Part shown: positions 17,602-36,200 of the stretch, in pieces | How the letters are laid out: every line of letters begins with the position of its first letter | Position numbering within the stretch: position 1 is the first letter of the stretch | Assembly (NCBI GenBank): GCA_002269645.1 | Contig: NIVC01001407.1 | Span: 62,001 to 126,000, forward strand | Direction: 5' to 3' | From: Macrostomum lignano | Lineage: Eukaryota | Length of the DNA: 64,000 nucleotides | Translations under genes and position numbers: made by a program | The notes under the pieces: model-generated | Told to the model about the DNA's origin: nothing | The model's database searches: none | What the model saw: only the letters and a program-made list of their open reading frames with translations

Positions 17602-20600
17602 ATGGCTGGTGCAGCTATAAAGCGCCTGAAAGCTGAGTTTAAAAGTAAGATTTTAATTTTTTGATCTGTTTTGTTTTTTAAATTTGTATTTTAGCTAGAG
17701 TTTTTTTTAGTAAGGGCTTTTCTGTAAGTGTAAGCTGTAATAAGTTATGCCTAAAATTTTGAAATTAAAACAAACTATATCTAAAGTTCTAGGTCTAGGC
17801 TTAGCTGCCTACTAGGCTCAGAGAGTTTTAAAAAACTGACTATTCTAACTTAAAACTTATAATAGAAATATAAATTAAGTTTTACAGTAATTGTCAATGG
17901 TTATATTATCATTACCAAGACAACAAGAGAATACTAAATTAAATATAATTTTAAAAAACTTGTTGAATGATTATAAATATAATATATTAATAAAATTAAA
18001 AGTTTATCAAAAGTATAATAGAAAAAAACTTATTAAAATATTTTATAATAATATCAAAATTTATATTATATATAGTACTGGTTTACCTTAATACTTTGAT
18101 TTTTTATATTGATTTCAACTTTGATTAGGCCTAAATAAAATAAATAGTTTGGTTTTTAGGCCTTTTAAATTCTTATAACATTCAAAAAGTTCAAACTAAA
18201 TATATTTTATAAAAACAATATTATTTTCCATGTCAATAGTTCAACCTAAATATTAAACTATAGCTAAATTTAAATTTCTACTATAATTAACATGTATATA
18301 ATTATAACTATATTGAACCTATAAGCAATTTGAGATTATATAATCAAGAAACCCAATTATTTCTATACTTTTGTTTAAACATTGGAGTATTAAATGTCTA
18401 GCTTATATGTATATATATATATTTTTTTTTTATTTGAGTATATTCATTATTTTTAAAAACATATTTATAGAATCTTTTCAGCATTACAATATTAAAAAAT
18501 AAATTTTAGAGCTGACTGAGGACCCACCAGAGGGCATTGTTGCTGGGCCAAAATCTTGTGACAATTTCTTTGAATGGGAAGCATTGATAAAGTAAGTTGA
18601 CTTCAAGCTTGATACACAATTTTGTAAATTATAATGTTAGCCTTATCAAGGTTTTTGGATATATACTGTATACATCATGGCGAAGGGTCAGACAAATGGG
18701 TGTAAAACCTATTAAACAGAGTCTTAACACCTGTTAGACACAGGTTTTGGCACCTGTTAGACATGGGCTCAGCACATGTTAGACACAAAGGTTTGGTACC
18801 TGTTAGACACAGGGGTTTGGCACCTGTTGGACACAGGGGTTCGGCACCTGTTAGACACAGGGTTCGGCACCTGTTAGACACAGGGGTTCGGCACCTGTTA
18901 GACACAGGGGTTCGGCACCTGTTAGACACAGGGGTTCGGCACCTGTTAGACACATGGGCTCAGCACCTGTTAGACACATGGGCTCAGCACCTGTTAGACA
19001 CATGGGCTCAGCACCTGTTAGACACAGGGGTTCGGCACCTGTGGGACACAGGGGTTCGGCACCTGTTAGACACAGGGGTTCGGCACCTGTTAGACACAGG
19101 GGTTCGGCACCTGTTAGACACATGGGCTCAGCACCTGTTAGACACATGGGCTCAGCACCTGTTAGACACATGGGCTCAGCACCTGTTAGACACATGGGCT
19201 CAGCACCTGTTAGACACATGGGCTCAGCACCTGTTAGACACATGGGCTCAGCACCTGTTAGACACATGGGCTCAGCACCTGTTAGACACAGGGGTTCGGC
19301 ACCTGTTGGACACATGGGCTCAGCACCTGTTAGACACAAGGGTTTGGCACCTGTTAGACACAGGGGTTCGGCACCTGTTAGACACAGGGGTTCGGCACCT
19401 GTTAGACACAGAGGTTCGGCATCTGTTAGACACAGGGGTTCGGCACCTGTTAGAAACATAGGGTTTGACGCCTGTTAGACACAGGGGTTCGGCACCTGTT
19501 AGACACATGGGCTCAGCACCTGTTAGACACATGGGCTCAGCACCTGTTAGACACATGGGCTCAGCACCTGTTAGACACAGGGGTTCGGCACCTGTGGGAC
19601 ACAGGGGTTCGGCACCTGTTAGACACAGGGGTTCGGCACCTGTTAGACACAGGGGTTCGGCACCTGTTAGACACATGGGCTCAGCACCTGTTAGACACAT
19701 GGGCTCAGCACCTGTTAGACACATGGGCTCAGCACCTGTTAGACACATGGGCTCAGCACCTGTTAGACACATGGGCTCAGCACCTGTTAGACACATGGGC
19801 TCAGCACCTGTTAGACACATGGGCTCAGCACCTGTTAGACACAGGGGTTCGGCACCTGTTGGACACATGGGCTCAGCACCTGTTAGACACAAGGGTTTGG
19901 CACCTGTTAGACACAGGGGTTCGGCACCTGTTAGACACAGGGGTTCGGCACCTGTTAGACACAGAGGTTCGGCATCTGTTAGACACAGGGGTTCGGCACC
20001 TGTTAGAAACATAGGGTTTGACGCCTGTTAGACACAAGGGTTTGGCACCTGTTAGACACATGGGTTCGGCACCTGTTAGACACAGGGGTTCAGCACCTGT
20101 TAGATACAGGGGTTCGGCACCTGTTAGATACAGGGTTCGGCACCTGTTAGATACAGGGGTTCGGCACCTGTTAGACACATAGGGCTTGACGCCTGTTAGA
20201 CACAAGGGTTTGGCACCTGTTAGACACATGGGTTCGGCACCTGTTAGACACATAGGGTTTGACGCCTGTTAGACACAAGGGTTTGGCACCTGTTAGACAT
20301 GGGTTCGGCACCTGTTAGACACATAGGGTTTGACGCCTGTTAGACACAAGGGTTTGGCACCTGTTAGACACATGGGTTCGGCACCTGTTAGACACATGGG
20401 TTCGGCACCTGTTAGACACAGGGGTTCGGCACCTGTTAGACACAGGGGTTCGGCACCTGTTAGATACAGGTGTTCGGCACCTGTTAGATACAGGGGTTCG
20501 GCATCTGTTTGTGAAATCCATAGCTTATGAAACATTACGAAACGATAGCTTCGAAACTAACCACTATTGAATCTGCTTAACTAAGCTAAATAGTGTTAAT

Positions 20601-20987
20601 ATGGCATATTGCAGAGGCCCAGAGCAGAGCCCATTCGAAGGCGGCCTATTCACCACAATCCTGACTTTCCCGTTGGACTATCCATTGAATCCGCCGAAAC
20701 TGCGCTTTGTCAACGAGATTTTCCACCCCAACATCTACAAAGATGGCAACGTTTGCATCAGCATCCTGCATCCACCTGGAGAGGATCCCACTGGCTACGA
20801 AAGCTCCCAAGAGCGTTGGAGTCCAGTTCAGAGTGTTGAAAAGATTCTCCTGTCAGTGTTGAGCATCTTGGCCGAGCCCAATGCTGACAGTCCAGCCAAT
20901 GTTGACGCGGGCAAGATGTACAGAGATAATTATGATTCGTTTGTACAGCGGGCCAGGGCTACCGTGCGGCAATCGCTTGGGGTTTAA
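17602..20987 (+). CDS. UBE2G2: Ubiquitin-conjugating enzyme E2 G2 (Ubc7), 165 aa; exons 17602-17644, 18510-18591, 20615-20987
   Basis: MAGAAIKRLKAEFKKLTEDPPEGIVAGP...FFEWEALI...FHPNIYKDGNVCISILHPPGEDPTGYESSQERWSPVQSVEKILLSV; exon lengths 43+82+373=498 nt; GT-AG introns. Confidence 0.97.
18710..20510 (+). repeat. 24-nt satellite (cacctgttagacacaggggttcgg) with a 553-bp higher-order duplication, UBE2G2 intron 2
   Basis: The variant tagaaacatagggtttgacg occurs at 19451 and 20004. Confidence 0.97.
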
Positions 20988-21049
20988 CGATTTCTTTAAT
21001 TTATCAGTTTAGTAACTCTAGTGAGATTGATTTTTTGTAGACGAGTTCA

Positions 21050-21925
21050 CAATTAGACACGATTTTTGAACCTGTTAGACACAGGGATTTGAAACCTGTT
21101 AGACACAGAGGTTCGGCACCTGTTAGACACGGTTTTTTAAAACCTGTTAGGCAGAAGGGTTTGAAACCTGTTAGACACGGGTGTTTGAAACCTGTTAGAC
21201 ACAGGGATTTGAAACCTGTTAGACACAGAGATTTGAAACCTGTTAGACACAGAGATTCGGCACCTGTTAGATACGGTTTTTTAAAACCTGTTAGGCAGAA
21301 GCGTTTAAAACCTGTTAGACGCTGGGATTTGGAACCTGTAGACACAGGGATTTGAAACGTGTTAGACACAGAGGTTCGGCACCTGTTAGACACGGTTTTT
21401 TAAAACCTGTTAGGCAGAAGGGTTTGAAACCTGTTAGACACGGGTGTTTGAAACCTGTTAGACACAGGGATTTGAAACCTGTTAGACACAGAAATTTGAA
21501 ACCTGTTAGACACAGAGATTCGGCACCTGTTAGATACGGTTTTTTAAAACCTGTTAGGCAGAAGCGTTTAAAACCTGTTAGACGCTGGGATTTGGAACCT
21601 GTAGACACAGGGATTTGAAACGTGTTAGACACAGAGGTTCGGCACCTGTTAGACACGGTTTTTTAAAACCTGTTAGGCAGAAGGGTTTGAAACCTGTTAG
21701 ACACGGGTGTTTGAAACCTGTTAGACACAGGGATTTGAAACCTGTTAGACACAGAGATTCGGCACCTGTTAGATACGGTTTTTTAAAACCTGTTAGGCAG
21801 AAGCGTTTAAAACCTGTTAGACGCTGGGATTTGGAACCTGTTAGACACAGTGAATTGAAACCTGTTAGACACAGAAATTTGAAACCTGTTAGACACAAGG
21901 GGTTTAGCACCTGTTAGACACCATG
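21050..21925 (+). repeat. AT-richer subfamily of the same 24-nt satellite (aaacctgttagacacagggatttg), 263-bp higher-order period
   Basis: Near-identical repeat ORFs start at 21089, 21352 and 21615. Confidence 0.95.
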
Positions 21926-22542
21926 TCAGACAATCTGTTAGATAACAGCTAAAAGCTTGTTATATTATTATTTTTAGTGTTTCTCGTGTGCATTTTAAGA
22001 AAAAATGTACTGTAGTAGAACTACCTGTAACATCTGTCATTTAAAGCTCTTTCGTTAAAATGCAAACACCATAAATGGGTAAATGAAATTTATTTCAATG
22101 AATTTTTTGACTTGTGGATTTGACTGTGTAACATAGGAGCCAATTTTTAGTTGATTTAAATATCGCAGTAGTATGGTACGCGCGTAGTGATAAATATTTT
22201 AATTAGTTTAATTTTTTCCTAGGTATCCAACTTATTGTTGTATTTCTGTTTGTGTAAAAAGTATGAAATGAACTGTTACTTTTACTAGTAAAGTAAGTAG
22301 GCTTACAGTATGCCGAAGTTTATGATGAATGTTCGCCTAATTTTTTGTCTTCTAATTGTCTGTTTTGTTCGGCTCGAATACAGAATATATATTGGATAGC
22401 GTATTTTAAATGATAGACAGTTATGTCTGTTGGTTTGTAAAATTGTCTGCTTTATTACTCATGCTTGTTTTTATCACCGCGTGCTGTAGGAAGCATTTGT
22501 ATCTTGTTACCGTAGTGGAGTATGCAATGGAGGGTAGACACC

Positions 22543-23480
22543 TTAGACACTGGAGGGTAGAGGGAGCAGACACTGGAGGGTAGAAGGAACAGACACTGGA
22601 GGGTAGAAGGAACAGACACTGGAGGGTAGAGGGAACAGACACTGGAGGGTAGAGGGAACAGACACTGGAGGGGAAAATGGAACAGACACTGGAGGGGAAA
22701 ATGGAACAGACACTGGAGGGGTAGAGGGAACAGACACTGGAGGGGTAGAGGGAACAGACACTGGAGGGTAGAGGGAACAGACACTGGAGGGTAGAGGGAA
22801 CAGACACTGGAGGGTAGAGGGAACAGACACTGGAGGGTAGAGGGAACAGACACTGGAGGGGAAAATGGAACAGACACTGGAGGGTAGAGGGAACAGACAC
22901 TGGAGGGGAAAATGGAACAGACACTGGAGGGGTAGAGGGAACAGACACTGGAGGGTAGAGGGAACAGACACTGGAGGGGAAAATGGAACAGACACTGGAG
23001 GGTAGAGGGAACAGACACTGGAGGGGAAAATGGAACAGACACTGGAGGGGTAGAGGGAACAGACACTGGAGGGGTAAATGGAACAGGCACTGGAGGGTAT
23101 AGGGAACTGGAGGGGTAGAGGGAACTGGAGGGGTAGAGGGAACTGGAGGGGTAGAGGGAACTGGAGGGGTAGAGGGAACTGGAGGGGTAGAGGGAACAGA
23201 CACTGGAAAAAGTAAAGGGAACAGACACTGGAGGGGTAAAGGGAACAGGCACTGGAGGGTAGAGGGACCTGGAGGGGTAGAGGGAACTGGAGGGGTAGAG
23301 GGAACTGGAGGGGTAGAGGGAACTGGAGGGGTAGAGGGAACTGGAGGGGTAGAGGGAACTGGAGGGGTAGAGGGAACTGGAGGGGTAGAGGGAACTGGAG
23401 GGGTAGAGGGAACTGGAGGGGTAGAGGGAACTGGAGGAGTAGGGAACAGACGCTCGATAGGACAGGCACTGGAGGGTAGA
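22543..23480 (+). repeat. G-rich 23-24-nt / 18-nt minisatellite (gaacagacactggagggtagagg to ggaactggaggggtagag)
   Basis: Direct reading; ends ~90 nt upstream of the GMPPA ATG. Confidence 0.95.
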
Positions 23481-23573
23481 GTTGGCAGGAATAAGATAAT
23501 TAGATAATTATTAATGTGCTTTATTCATAATTTGATTTAAAAATGCAATTTTATAGCCAAGCCATTAGCCAAG

Positions 23574-27106
<3,533 letters not shown>

Positions 27107-28221
27107 AATTGGAGGTTGACAAGGTTTATTAAGAACTTAATCCTCTCAAGATACTACTGTTGGCAATTTGGTTGGTTCAGTAGTGTGTTTAGAATAATCT
27201 TTTTGGCCTTAGCACGCAAATCTTTTTATCAAGTTTACAGTTTTTCCTCTATCCAATAGATGGTCATTTTGAATTTTTATTTATTGATAAACATGTAAAC
27301 AACATTCCTACTGAGCTTCTCCAGGTGAGTTGCTTCTTATTCTTCTGCTGCTGCTGTTGTTGTTGCCAAGTGCCTTTGTGTTTTTATATTTTTTTCACCT
27401 TTCTTCTATCACATTCTCATTTCTTAATCCTCCTATTTTTTGTTTTACTTAATAGCCTGCTTCACTTGGGCATTAAAGTGACGCGATCAATTATTGGTTT
27501 TGAGTTATACAAATTCACCATTATGTACGGATTAAATCTGCCTATCAAATCCAAATACAAGGTTTCTATACTTCACAAAATGTACTTTTATTTATTCAAT
27601 ACTTGCGGGTCCGGCCATAGACAATAGAAGAACATTTTATACCATTATACAAGGATTGGTTACTATATATCAATACAAGGCAATAAGGTTTCCTATCCAA
27701 TCAATTTGAAAATTTTAATTCTGTCTTTTGTGTTGATTATTTTTTACAACAATAATATTTAAAAAAACAGTGATAGTAAATTCACGTACAAAATAAATTT
27801 ATCATAAATGTTTTTAGTTCGCTGTTAATAATTCAAAATTTTGCTGTTTATTAATAATCCATATACTAAATATTATAATCTGAATTTCGCAACCAGCTGC
27901 CACGGTAAATAAAATATATTATGATATTATAATTCAATTTATTGTAGATCACACATTTTCTTCTCTGAAATTGAAATTTGATTTCACAGAAATTAATGAG
28001 AACCATAAGTTGAGAAAATATTGGGTTTAACTGTTTGCTTCGATTTTACATAATGAGTATAATATCTCATATATATATATAGATATAAATGTGCATTCAG
28101 TAAATAAGAATAGTAGTACAGCATATATATATATATAGCTCAAATATACAATGCAGAACTGTATAAGAATATTTGATAAACCATAAAACAAAGGACAGAC
28201 AGAGAAATACGCGTACAGCTC

Positions 28222-28862
28222 AATTTGGGAGGATGGGGATCTGGAAGGCTGGCCCAGCAACTGAGGATCTGGGAAGCTGGCCCAGCAACTGAGGATCTGG
28301 GAGGCTGGACCAGCAACTGAGGATCTGGGAGGCTGGACCAGCAACTGAGGATCTGGAAGGCTGGCCCAGCAACTGGGGATCTGAGAGGCTGGCCCAGCAA
28401 CTGAGGATCTGGGAGGCTGGCCCAGCAACTGAGGATCTGGGAGGCTGGACCAGCAACTGAGGATCTTGGAGGCTGGCCCAGCAACTGAGGATCTGGGAGG
28501 CTGGCCCAGCAACTGAGGATCTGGAAGGCTGGCCCAGCAACTGGGGATCTGGGAGGCTGGACCAGCAACTGAGGATCTGGGAGGCTGGCCCAGCAACTGA
28601 GGATCTGGGAGGCTGGACCAGCAACTGAGGATCTGGGAGGCTGGACCAGCAACTGAGGATCTGGGAGGCTGGCCAGCAACTGAGGATCTGGGAGGCTGGA
28701 CCAGCAACTGAGGATCTGGGAGGCTGGACCAGCAACTGAGGATCTGGGAGGCTGGACCAGCAGCTGAGGATCTGGGAGGCTGGACCAGCAAGTGAGGATC
28801 TGGGAGGCTAGCCCAGCAACTGAGGATCTGGGAGGCTAGCCCAGCAACTGAGGATCTGAGAG
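28222..28862 (+). repeat. 28-nt minisatellite (ctgaggatctgggaggctggaccagcaa), between the convergent GMPPA and SGSM3 genes
   Basis: Direct reading, ~23 copies. Confidence 0.95.
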
Positions 28863-30224
28863 AATGCACAGGGTCATGAAAAGAGCTACAACACATTACA
28901 AATATCAGACATTAAAATATAATTAACTTGGGCGCATAAGTTTGTCTGAGCAAAACAAGTACCATTAAACAGACAAACAAATAATGTATTTTATTGTTCT
29001 GATTGTGACACCGAAACTCGATAGGCAGTCCGTATCCATGACAACGGACGCAGGAGACATGTAAATTCTAGGCAGGAACAGAGTCGAATAGAGAAAAAAC
29101 AGGACAAATAGCTTCACAAGAGTATGCCATGGTTACCGTAACAACAAATGCCAAAAAGAACAACATAAATAAATAATATAATTAAATAAATAACAACACA
29201 CAATTTGTGCGCACCTTATGCTACTAACAAACGCATTTTTCGTTAACCGCGAGTAGTATAACAAGGGAAACAGGAAAATGAATCAGAATTTGTTATGCGA
29301 AAGCATAAAATGAATCAATTATAATAAATGAAAACAAAACTAATGGCAATGTTTGCAAAGAGAGAAAAACAATGGATAGGTCTCGTGCATACTACTTAGA
29401 TTAAATAATCTGCCTTGTTTTTTGGAAGTCAAAGAAATGAATGGCATGTGTCAGTAGCTTGTCATGGCTTGCTGGCGGAATTATAACATTTATACTAATT
29501 GAAAATATGTCAGTAAACACAAAATATTAGGAATGAGATTTTTTGTCTAAAGTGGGTGGACATCATACAAGCCGATAGCTATAAAATTGGGACTAGATCT
29601 GACCATTGGGTTAACATCGAATTAATAAGTAAGTCATGATTCAAAGCATTGAACAGTAGAGCTTAATAGGTAGTCAAAGGTGCAGAACTCGTGTCCAAGC
29701 AGATTATGCATCAGACACCTCGAACTCCATGCCATGAAGAAAAATTCGCCTTTGAAAAGATATTTTCTCAACATATCGGTAGGTGCTTTTTGAAACTAAG
29801 CAACTTAATAGCAACTTAAAAAAACAATTTTTCTAAAGAAATTTCTTTTTTAAAGTTGCTATCGAAACATCTCAACGGTAGATTGCTTGAATTTTTTTAT
29901 TAGGAACATTCGCTCTAAAGTTATCAACTATACATATCGGTAGTCAATTTTTGGAAAAAAGTCTTACAGGGATACTTTTCTTTAAGTTCACCCACATCAA
30001 GCTATTATCGCTACATATCGGTAGTAGGTTATTGCAACAACCTTAAATAGAGAATTTTTTCTTAGATCTCACCCACATTAAAGCTATTATCGCAACATAT
30101 CGGTAGTCAATGGGTTCCGAATCCGAAAATCAATATTTACTGTGCATATGCATAGTTCACGACAAATACAAACACTACACATAGATCTCGATGTTAAAAA
30201 GTACTCTGAAAACGCGCAGAGAAG

Positions 30225-33200
30225 CTAGTCCAGCTCCCAGCTGAACAGGTGGTGCTTGATCAGCATGTCGCGCACGTCCTCACGAATGCCCACCTTGGTG
30301 TCCTTGGTCACCTTGCCTTTGGGCAGCTCGTAAAGAATGTTTAATCGGAATGCGAACTGGGCCAGCAGTCTGCGAGTGGGGGGGGGGAATTCGGGCATTG
30401 AGTTGTCCTCAATATTGGTCACTGATTCACTGCTTACTATTGGTCACTTATTCAAATCAGTTATTGGTCACTAAGTCAGTTTTTGGTCACTGATTCACTG
30501 TCATTATTGGTCACTGATTCACTGTCATTATTGGTCACTGATTCACTGTCATTATTGGTCACTGATTCACTGTCATTATTGGTCACTGATTCACAGTCAC
30601 TATTGGTCCCTGATTCACTGTCACTATTGGTTACTGATTCACTGCTTACTATTGGTCACTGATTCACTGCTTACTATTGGTCACTGATTCACTGCTTACT
30701 ATTGGTCACTGATTCACTGCTTACTATTGGTCACTTATTCAAATCAGTTATTGGTCACTAAGTCAGTTTTTGGTCACTGATTCACTGTCATTATTGGTCA
30801 CTGATTCACTGTCATTATTGGTCACTGATTCACTGTCATTATTGGTCACTGATTCACTGTCATTATTGGTCACTGATTCACAGTCACTATTGGTCCCTGA
30901 TTCACTGTCACTATTGGTTACTGATTCACTGCTTACTATTGGTCACTGATTCACTGCTTACTATTGGTTACTGATTCACTGCTTACTATTGGTCACTGAT
31001 TCACTGCTTACTATTGGTCACTGATTCACTGCTTACTATTGGTCACTGATTCACTGTCATTATTGGTCACTGATTCACTGTCATTATTGGTCACTGATTC
31101 ACAGTCATTATTGGTCACTGATTCACTGTCACTATTAGTCACTGATTCACTGTCACTATTAGTCACTGATTCACTGTCACTATTGGTCACTGATTCACTG
31201 TCACTATTGGTCACTGATTCACTGCTTACTATTGGTCACTGATTCACTGCTTACTATTGGTCACTGATTCACTGCTTACTATTGGTCACTTATTCAATTC
31301 AGTTATTGGTCACTGATTCACTGTCATGTCACTGATTTCCTGTCATTATTGGTCACTGATTCACTGCTTACTATTGGTCACTTATTCAATTCAGTTATTG
31401 GTCACTGATTCACTGTCATGTCACTGATTTCCTGTCATTATTGGTCACTAATTCACTGCTTACTATTGGTCACTGATTCACTGTCACTATTGGTCACTGA
31501 TTCACTGTCACTATTGGTTACTGATTCACTGCTTACTATTGGTCACTGATTCACTGTCATTATTGGTCACTGATTCACTGTCATTATTGGTCACTGATTC
31601 ACTGTCATTATTGGTCACTGATTCACTGTCATTATTGGTCACTGATTCACTGTCATTATTGGTCACTGATTCACTGTCATTATTGGTCACTGATTCACTG
31701 TCATTATTGGTCACTGATTCACTGTCATTATTGGTCACTGATTCACTGTCATTATTGGTCACTGATTCACTGTCATTATTGGTCACTGATTCACTGTCAT
31801 TATTGGTCACTGATTCACTGTCATTATTGGTCACTGATTCACTGTCACTATTGGTCACTGATTCACTGTCATTATTGGTCACTGATTCACTGCCATTATT
31901 GGTCACTGATTCACTGTCACTATTGGTCACTGATTCACTGTCATTATTGGTCACTGATTCACTGTCATTATTGGTCACTGATTCACTGTCGCTATTGGTC
32001 ACTGATTCACTGTCATTATTGGTCACTGATTCACTGTCATTATTGGTCACTGATTCACTGTCATTATTGGTCACTGATTCACTGTCATTATTGGTCACTG
32101 ATTCACTGTCAATATTGGTCACTGATTCACTGTCATTATTGGTCACTGATTCACTGTCATTATTGGTCACTGATTCACTCAGTCATTATTGGTCACTGAT
32201 TCACAGTCATTATTGGTCACTGAAACAAACAGCGAACTCACCTAAGCTCACACTTGATCTGCACCCAGCCCGGGCTGCGCAGAAACGACCAAGAGTGGTA
32301 CCATTTCTTAACCACATCTTCGCAGCTGCAGAGCGCCTCAAGCCACAGATGAAGCACCTGTTCATTGAGGCCGTAGCACATTAGGGAACGAAATTTGACG
32401 TCCATCTGAGCGTGAGCGGCGTCATGAGTCAGATTCACCGTCTGCACCGCCTGCGTGGGATAATTGAAGATTACTAATAAGTCAGGCAATTATCCCAACT
32501 GAAATCCCCATTCTCCCAGGTAATTATCCCAACTGAAATCCCCATTCTCCCAGGTAATTATCCCAACTGAAATCCCCATTCTCCCAGGTAATTATCCCAA
32601 CTGAAATCCCCATTCTCTCAGGTAACTATCCTAAATGAAATCCCTATTCTCTCAGGTAATTATCCCAACTGAAATCCCCATTCTGTCAGGTAATTATTCC
32701 AACTGAAATCCCCATTCTTTCAGGTAATAATTCCAACTGAAATCCCCATTCTCTCAGGTAATTATCCCAACTGAAATCCCCATTCTGTCAGGTAATTATT
32801 CCAACTGAAATCCCCATTCTCTCAGGTAATTATCCCAACTGAAATCCCCATTCTCTCAGGTAATTATCCCAACTGAAATCCCCATTCTGTCAGGTAATTA
32901 TCCCAACTGAAATCCCCATTCTGTCAGGTAATTATACCAACTGAAATCCCCATTCTCCCAGGTAATTATCCCAACTGAAATCCCCATTCTCTCAGGTAAT
33001 TATCCCAACTGAAATCCCCATTCTCTCAGGTAATTATACCAACTGAAATCCCCATTCTGTCAGGTAATTATCCCAACTGAAATCCCCATTCTGTCAGGTA
33101 ATTATCCCAACTGAAATCCCCATTCTGTCAGGTAATTATCCCAACTGAAATCCCCATTCTGTCAGGTAATTATACCAACTGAAATCCCCATTCTCCCAGG

Positions 33201-36200
33201 TAATTATCCCAACTGAAATCCCCATTCTGTCAGGTAATTATCCCAACTGAAATCCCCATTCTCTCAGGTAATTATACCAACTGAAATCCCCATTCTCTCA
33301 GGTAATTATCCCAACTGAAATCCCCATTCTGTCAGGTAATTATCCCAACTGAAATCCCCATTCTGTCAGGTAATTATCCCAACTGAAATCCCCATTCTGT
33401 CAGGTAATTATACCAACTGAAATCCCCATACTCTCAGGTAATTATCCCAACTGAAATCCCCATTCTGTCAGGCAATTATCCCAACTGAAATCCCCATTCT
33501 GTCAGGTAATTATCCCAACTGAAATCCCCATTCTGTCAGGTAATTATACCAACTGAAATCCCCATTCTCCCAGGTAATTATCCCAACTGAAATCCCCATT
33601 CTGTCAGGCAATTATCCCAACTGAAATCCCCATTCTGTCAGGTAATTATACCAACTGAAATCCCCATTCTCCCAGGTAATTATCCCAACTGAAATCCCCA
33701 TTCTCTCAGGTAATTATCCCAACTGAAATCCCCATTCTCTCAGGTAATTATACCAACTGAAATCCCCATTCTCTCAGGTAATTATCCCAACTGAAATCCC
33801 CATTCTGTCAGGTAATTATCCCAACTGAAATCCCCATTCTGTCAGGTAATTATCCCAACTGAAATCCCCATTCTGTCAGGTAATTATACCAACTGAAATC
33901 CCCATTCTCCCAGGTAATTATCCCAACTGAAATCCCCATTCTGTCAGGCAATTATCCCAACTGAAATCCCCATTCTGTCAGGTAATTATACCAACTGAAA
34001 TCCCCATTCTCCCAGGTAATTATCCCAACTGAAATCCCCATTCTGTCAGGTAATTATCCCAACTGAAATCCCCATTCTGTCAGGTAATTATACCAACTGA
34101 AATCCCCATTCTCCCAGGTAATTATCCCAACTGAAATCCCCATTCTGTCAGGTAATTGGAACTGAAATCCATTCTCTCAGGTAATTAATAAAAACCCAAA
34201 CCGCACTCACACGATACAGAATCTCCTCAGGAGTGAGCACCTTCCCGTCCTCATCCAGACGGAAGGTTTTACACAACACCAGCCTCGAATACACGGAGTT
34301 GAAGTCCTTCTCAACCTCCTTGGCCGAGGCCTCCTCGACAAACAGCCAGGGGTGCGCTGTGCCGCCCAGCAGGTGACTGCGCTTCAATCCGTGCTCAAAC
34401 ACCTCCTTGAATGCCGGACAGAACACCCCCCTCACCAGATCCGTGATGCCCTCATTCACCGAATCGTCCCCAGCTGATGAATAGTCTTTCGAACGTTCGT
34501 CGAGTAGCTCAACAAACTTAGCGGGGAACCAGCCTCGAAGGCCATTGAGTTCGCCAACCCAGCAGTGCTCGTCCCGCATTGAGATCACGGTGATGATGTC
34601 GTTCTTGCGGAACCCCAGCTCGTCATCGTCGTGACGCTCAAAGTCGAGCAGAGCTTTCACTCGCCTGCGGCGACCTCTGGCCACCTGGAGTGGATTCATT
34701 AGATTCTTTGAAATTCTCAAGTATTTTCTTAGAAAAAATATACGAGTATCTATCTGAAACTCTACTAAGTTTTCCTAGAAATCTAAACAATTCTTATAGA
34801 AACATTTTTAAATCCAAGAAACTTAGCAATTAGCAATCGTTTGAAAATCTTAATTCTTAAGAGCTTCGTAGCAATTGAATTTTTTTAAACAATCAAAGAT
34901 GTTTAAAAATATCCCGATTCTAAGAAATTCTAGAATTCTTAGAAATCAAAACGATTCTTCGAAATCTGTAAGATTCATGGATACCAAAAGATTCTTAGAA
35001 AGCAAAAAAATCTTCGAGACCAAAAAAGATTTTTAGAAATCTACTAAAAAATTTTATAAACCAAAAGATTCTTAGAAATCAAAAAGGATTCTTAAAAATC
35101 AAGAAAGATTCTTAGAAATCAAAAAGGATTCTTAAAAATCAAAAAGATTCTTAGAAATCAAAAAGATTCTTAGAAATCAAAAAAGGTTCTAAGAAATCAA
35201 GAAATATTGTTAGAAATCAAAAGATTCTTAGAAATCAAAAAAAATATTTTTAGAAATCAAGAAAGATTCTTAGAAATCGAAAAGATTCTTAGAAATCAAG
35301 AGAGATTTTTAGAAATCAAAAAATATTCCTAGAAATCAAGAAAGAGTCTTAGAAATCAAAAAAATATTCCTAGAAATCAAGAAAGATTCTTAGAAATCAA
35401 GAAAGATTCTTAGATATCAAAAAAGATTCTTAGAAATCAAGAAAGATTCTTATGTGGTGATCCAGCGTAGCTAGCATAGGCTGCTCCTGGGATCCCCCCT
35501 TAGTCAGTTAGTGCTTGGGCTGCAGCAGTGGGAGCTGGGCATAGGGCTGTCCTTTCCCCTTCTTCCTTGTGCAGGCTCAGGTGTGCAGCTGTCGCGGGAC
35601 AGGGAGAGAAACTCTCTCCCCCTCTCCCCCTGGCGCAGTCTGCAATGGGCTAAAAATAGAAACATTAGTCAGTGGGATATTTCTCCTTTAGTACAGGCTT
35701 ATTTAGTCAGCGGGAGTGAGAGCATAGCTCTCCGCCCGGGGTAGGCTCTCGTGGGGTCTTGGTGCACTCCTTACATGCCGCAACATGCAAGCAGTGTACC
35801 AGCAGGCCATGCGGAGGCTGCATGATGAGGCAGATGTCTTATGGACATCTCCAAGATCGCTCCTGGCTCCGGGTAGTCCACGGAACTGCCATGGGATCTG
35901 CCACGGAACTGCCTCTGAGCTTCCCATTGGCCCTGAGACCCCCGAAATTTTAGTATAAATACAGAGTAGGTGAAGGCCCAAAGAGACCATCTTTTCGGAG
36001 ACCGCCTGCTTGGCTTCGAGCAAGGGCTAGTATTCCTAGATGCTTTTCCTAGACGAACTAGCTTAGGCAGATCGCTAGACGCTTTTCCTAGGGATAACCT
36101 GCTAACAAATCTTTGTTGCAGCTGCCATTTGCTCATTAAAATTGCCGCAGGTCTTTGTGTCAGCAGCTCGCCAGACCTTCAACACCGTCTGGACCTGGTC

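Noticed and set aside
18675-21917. CRISPR-like regularly spaced repeats / repeat proteins
   Set aside because: The units are contiguous with no unique spacers, there are no cas genes, and the context is a eukaryotic intron.
30370-32241. Idea that the 24-nt unit duplicates the SGSM3 splice junction (ORF MTNIEDNS...) or forms a 22-nt micro-intron
   Set aside because: Phase and homology ([11 protein letters not shown]) place the real acceptor at 30370-30371 (ccccactcgcag), so the array is fully intronic.
32484-34187. CAG|GTAATT donor consensus in every unit
   Set aside because: It lies on the strand antisense to SGSM3, and no + strand transcript is evident.
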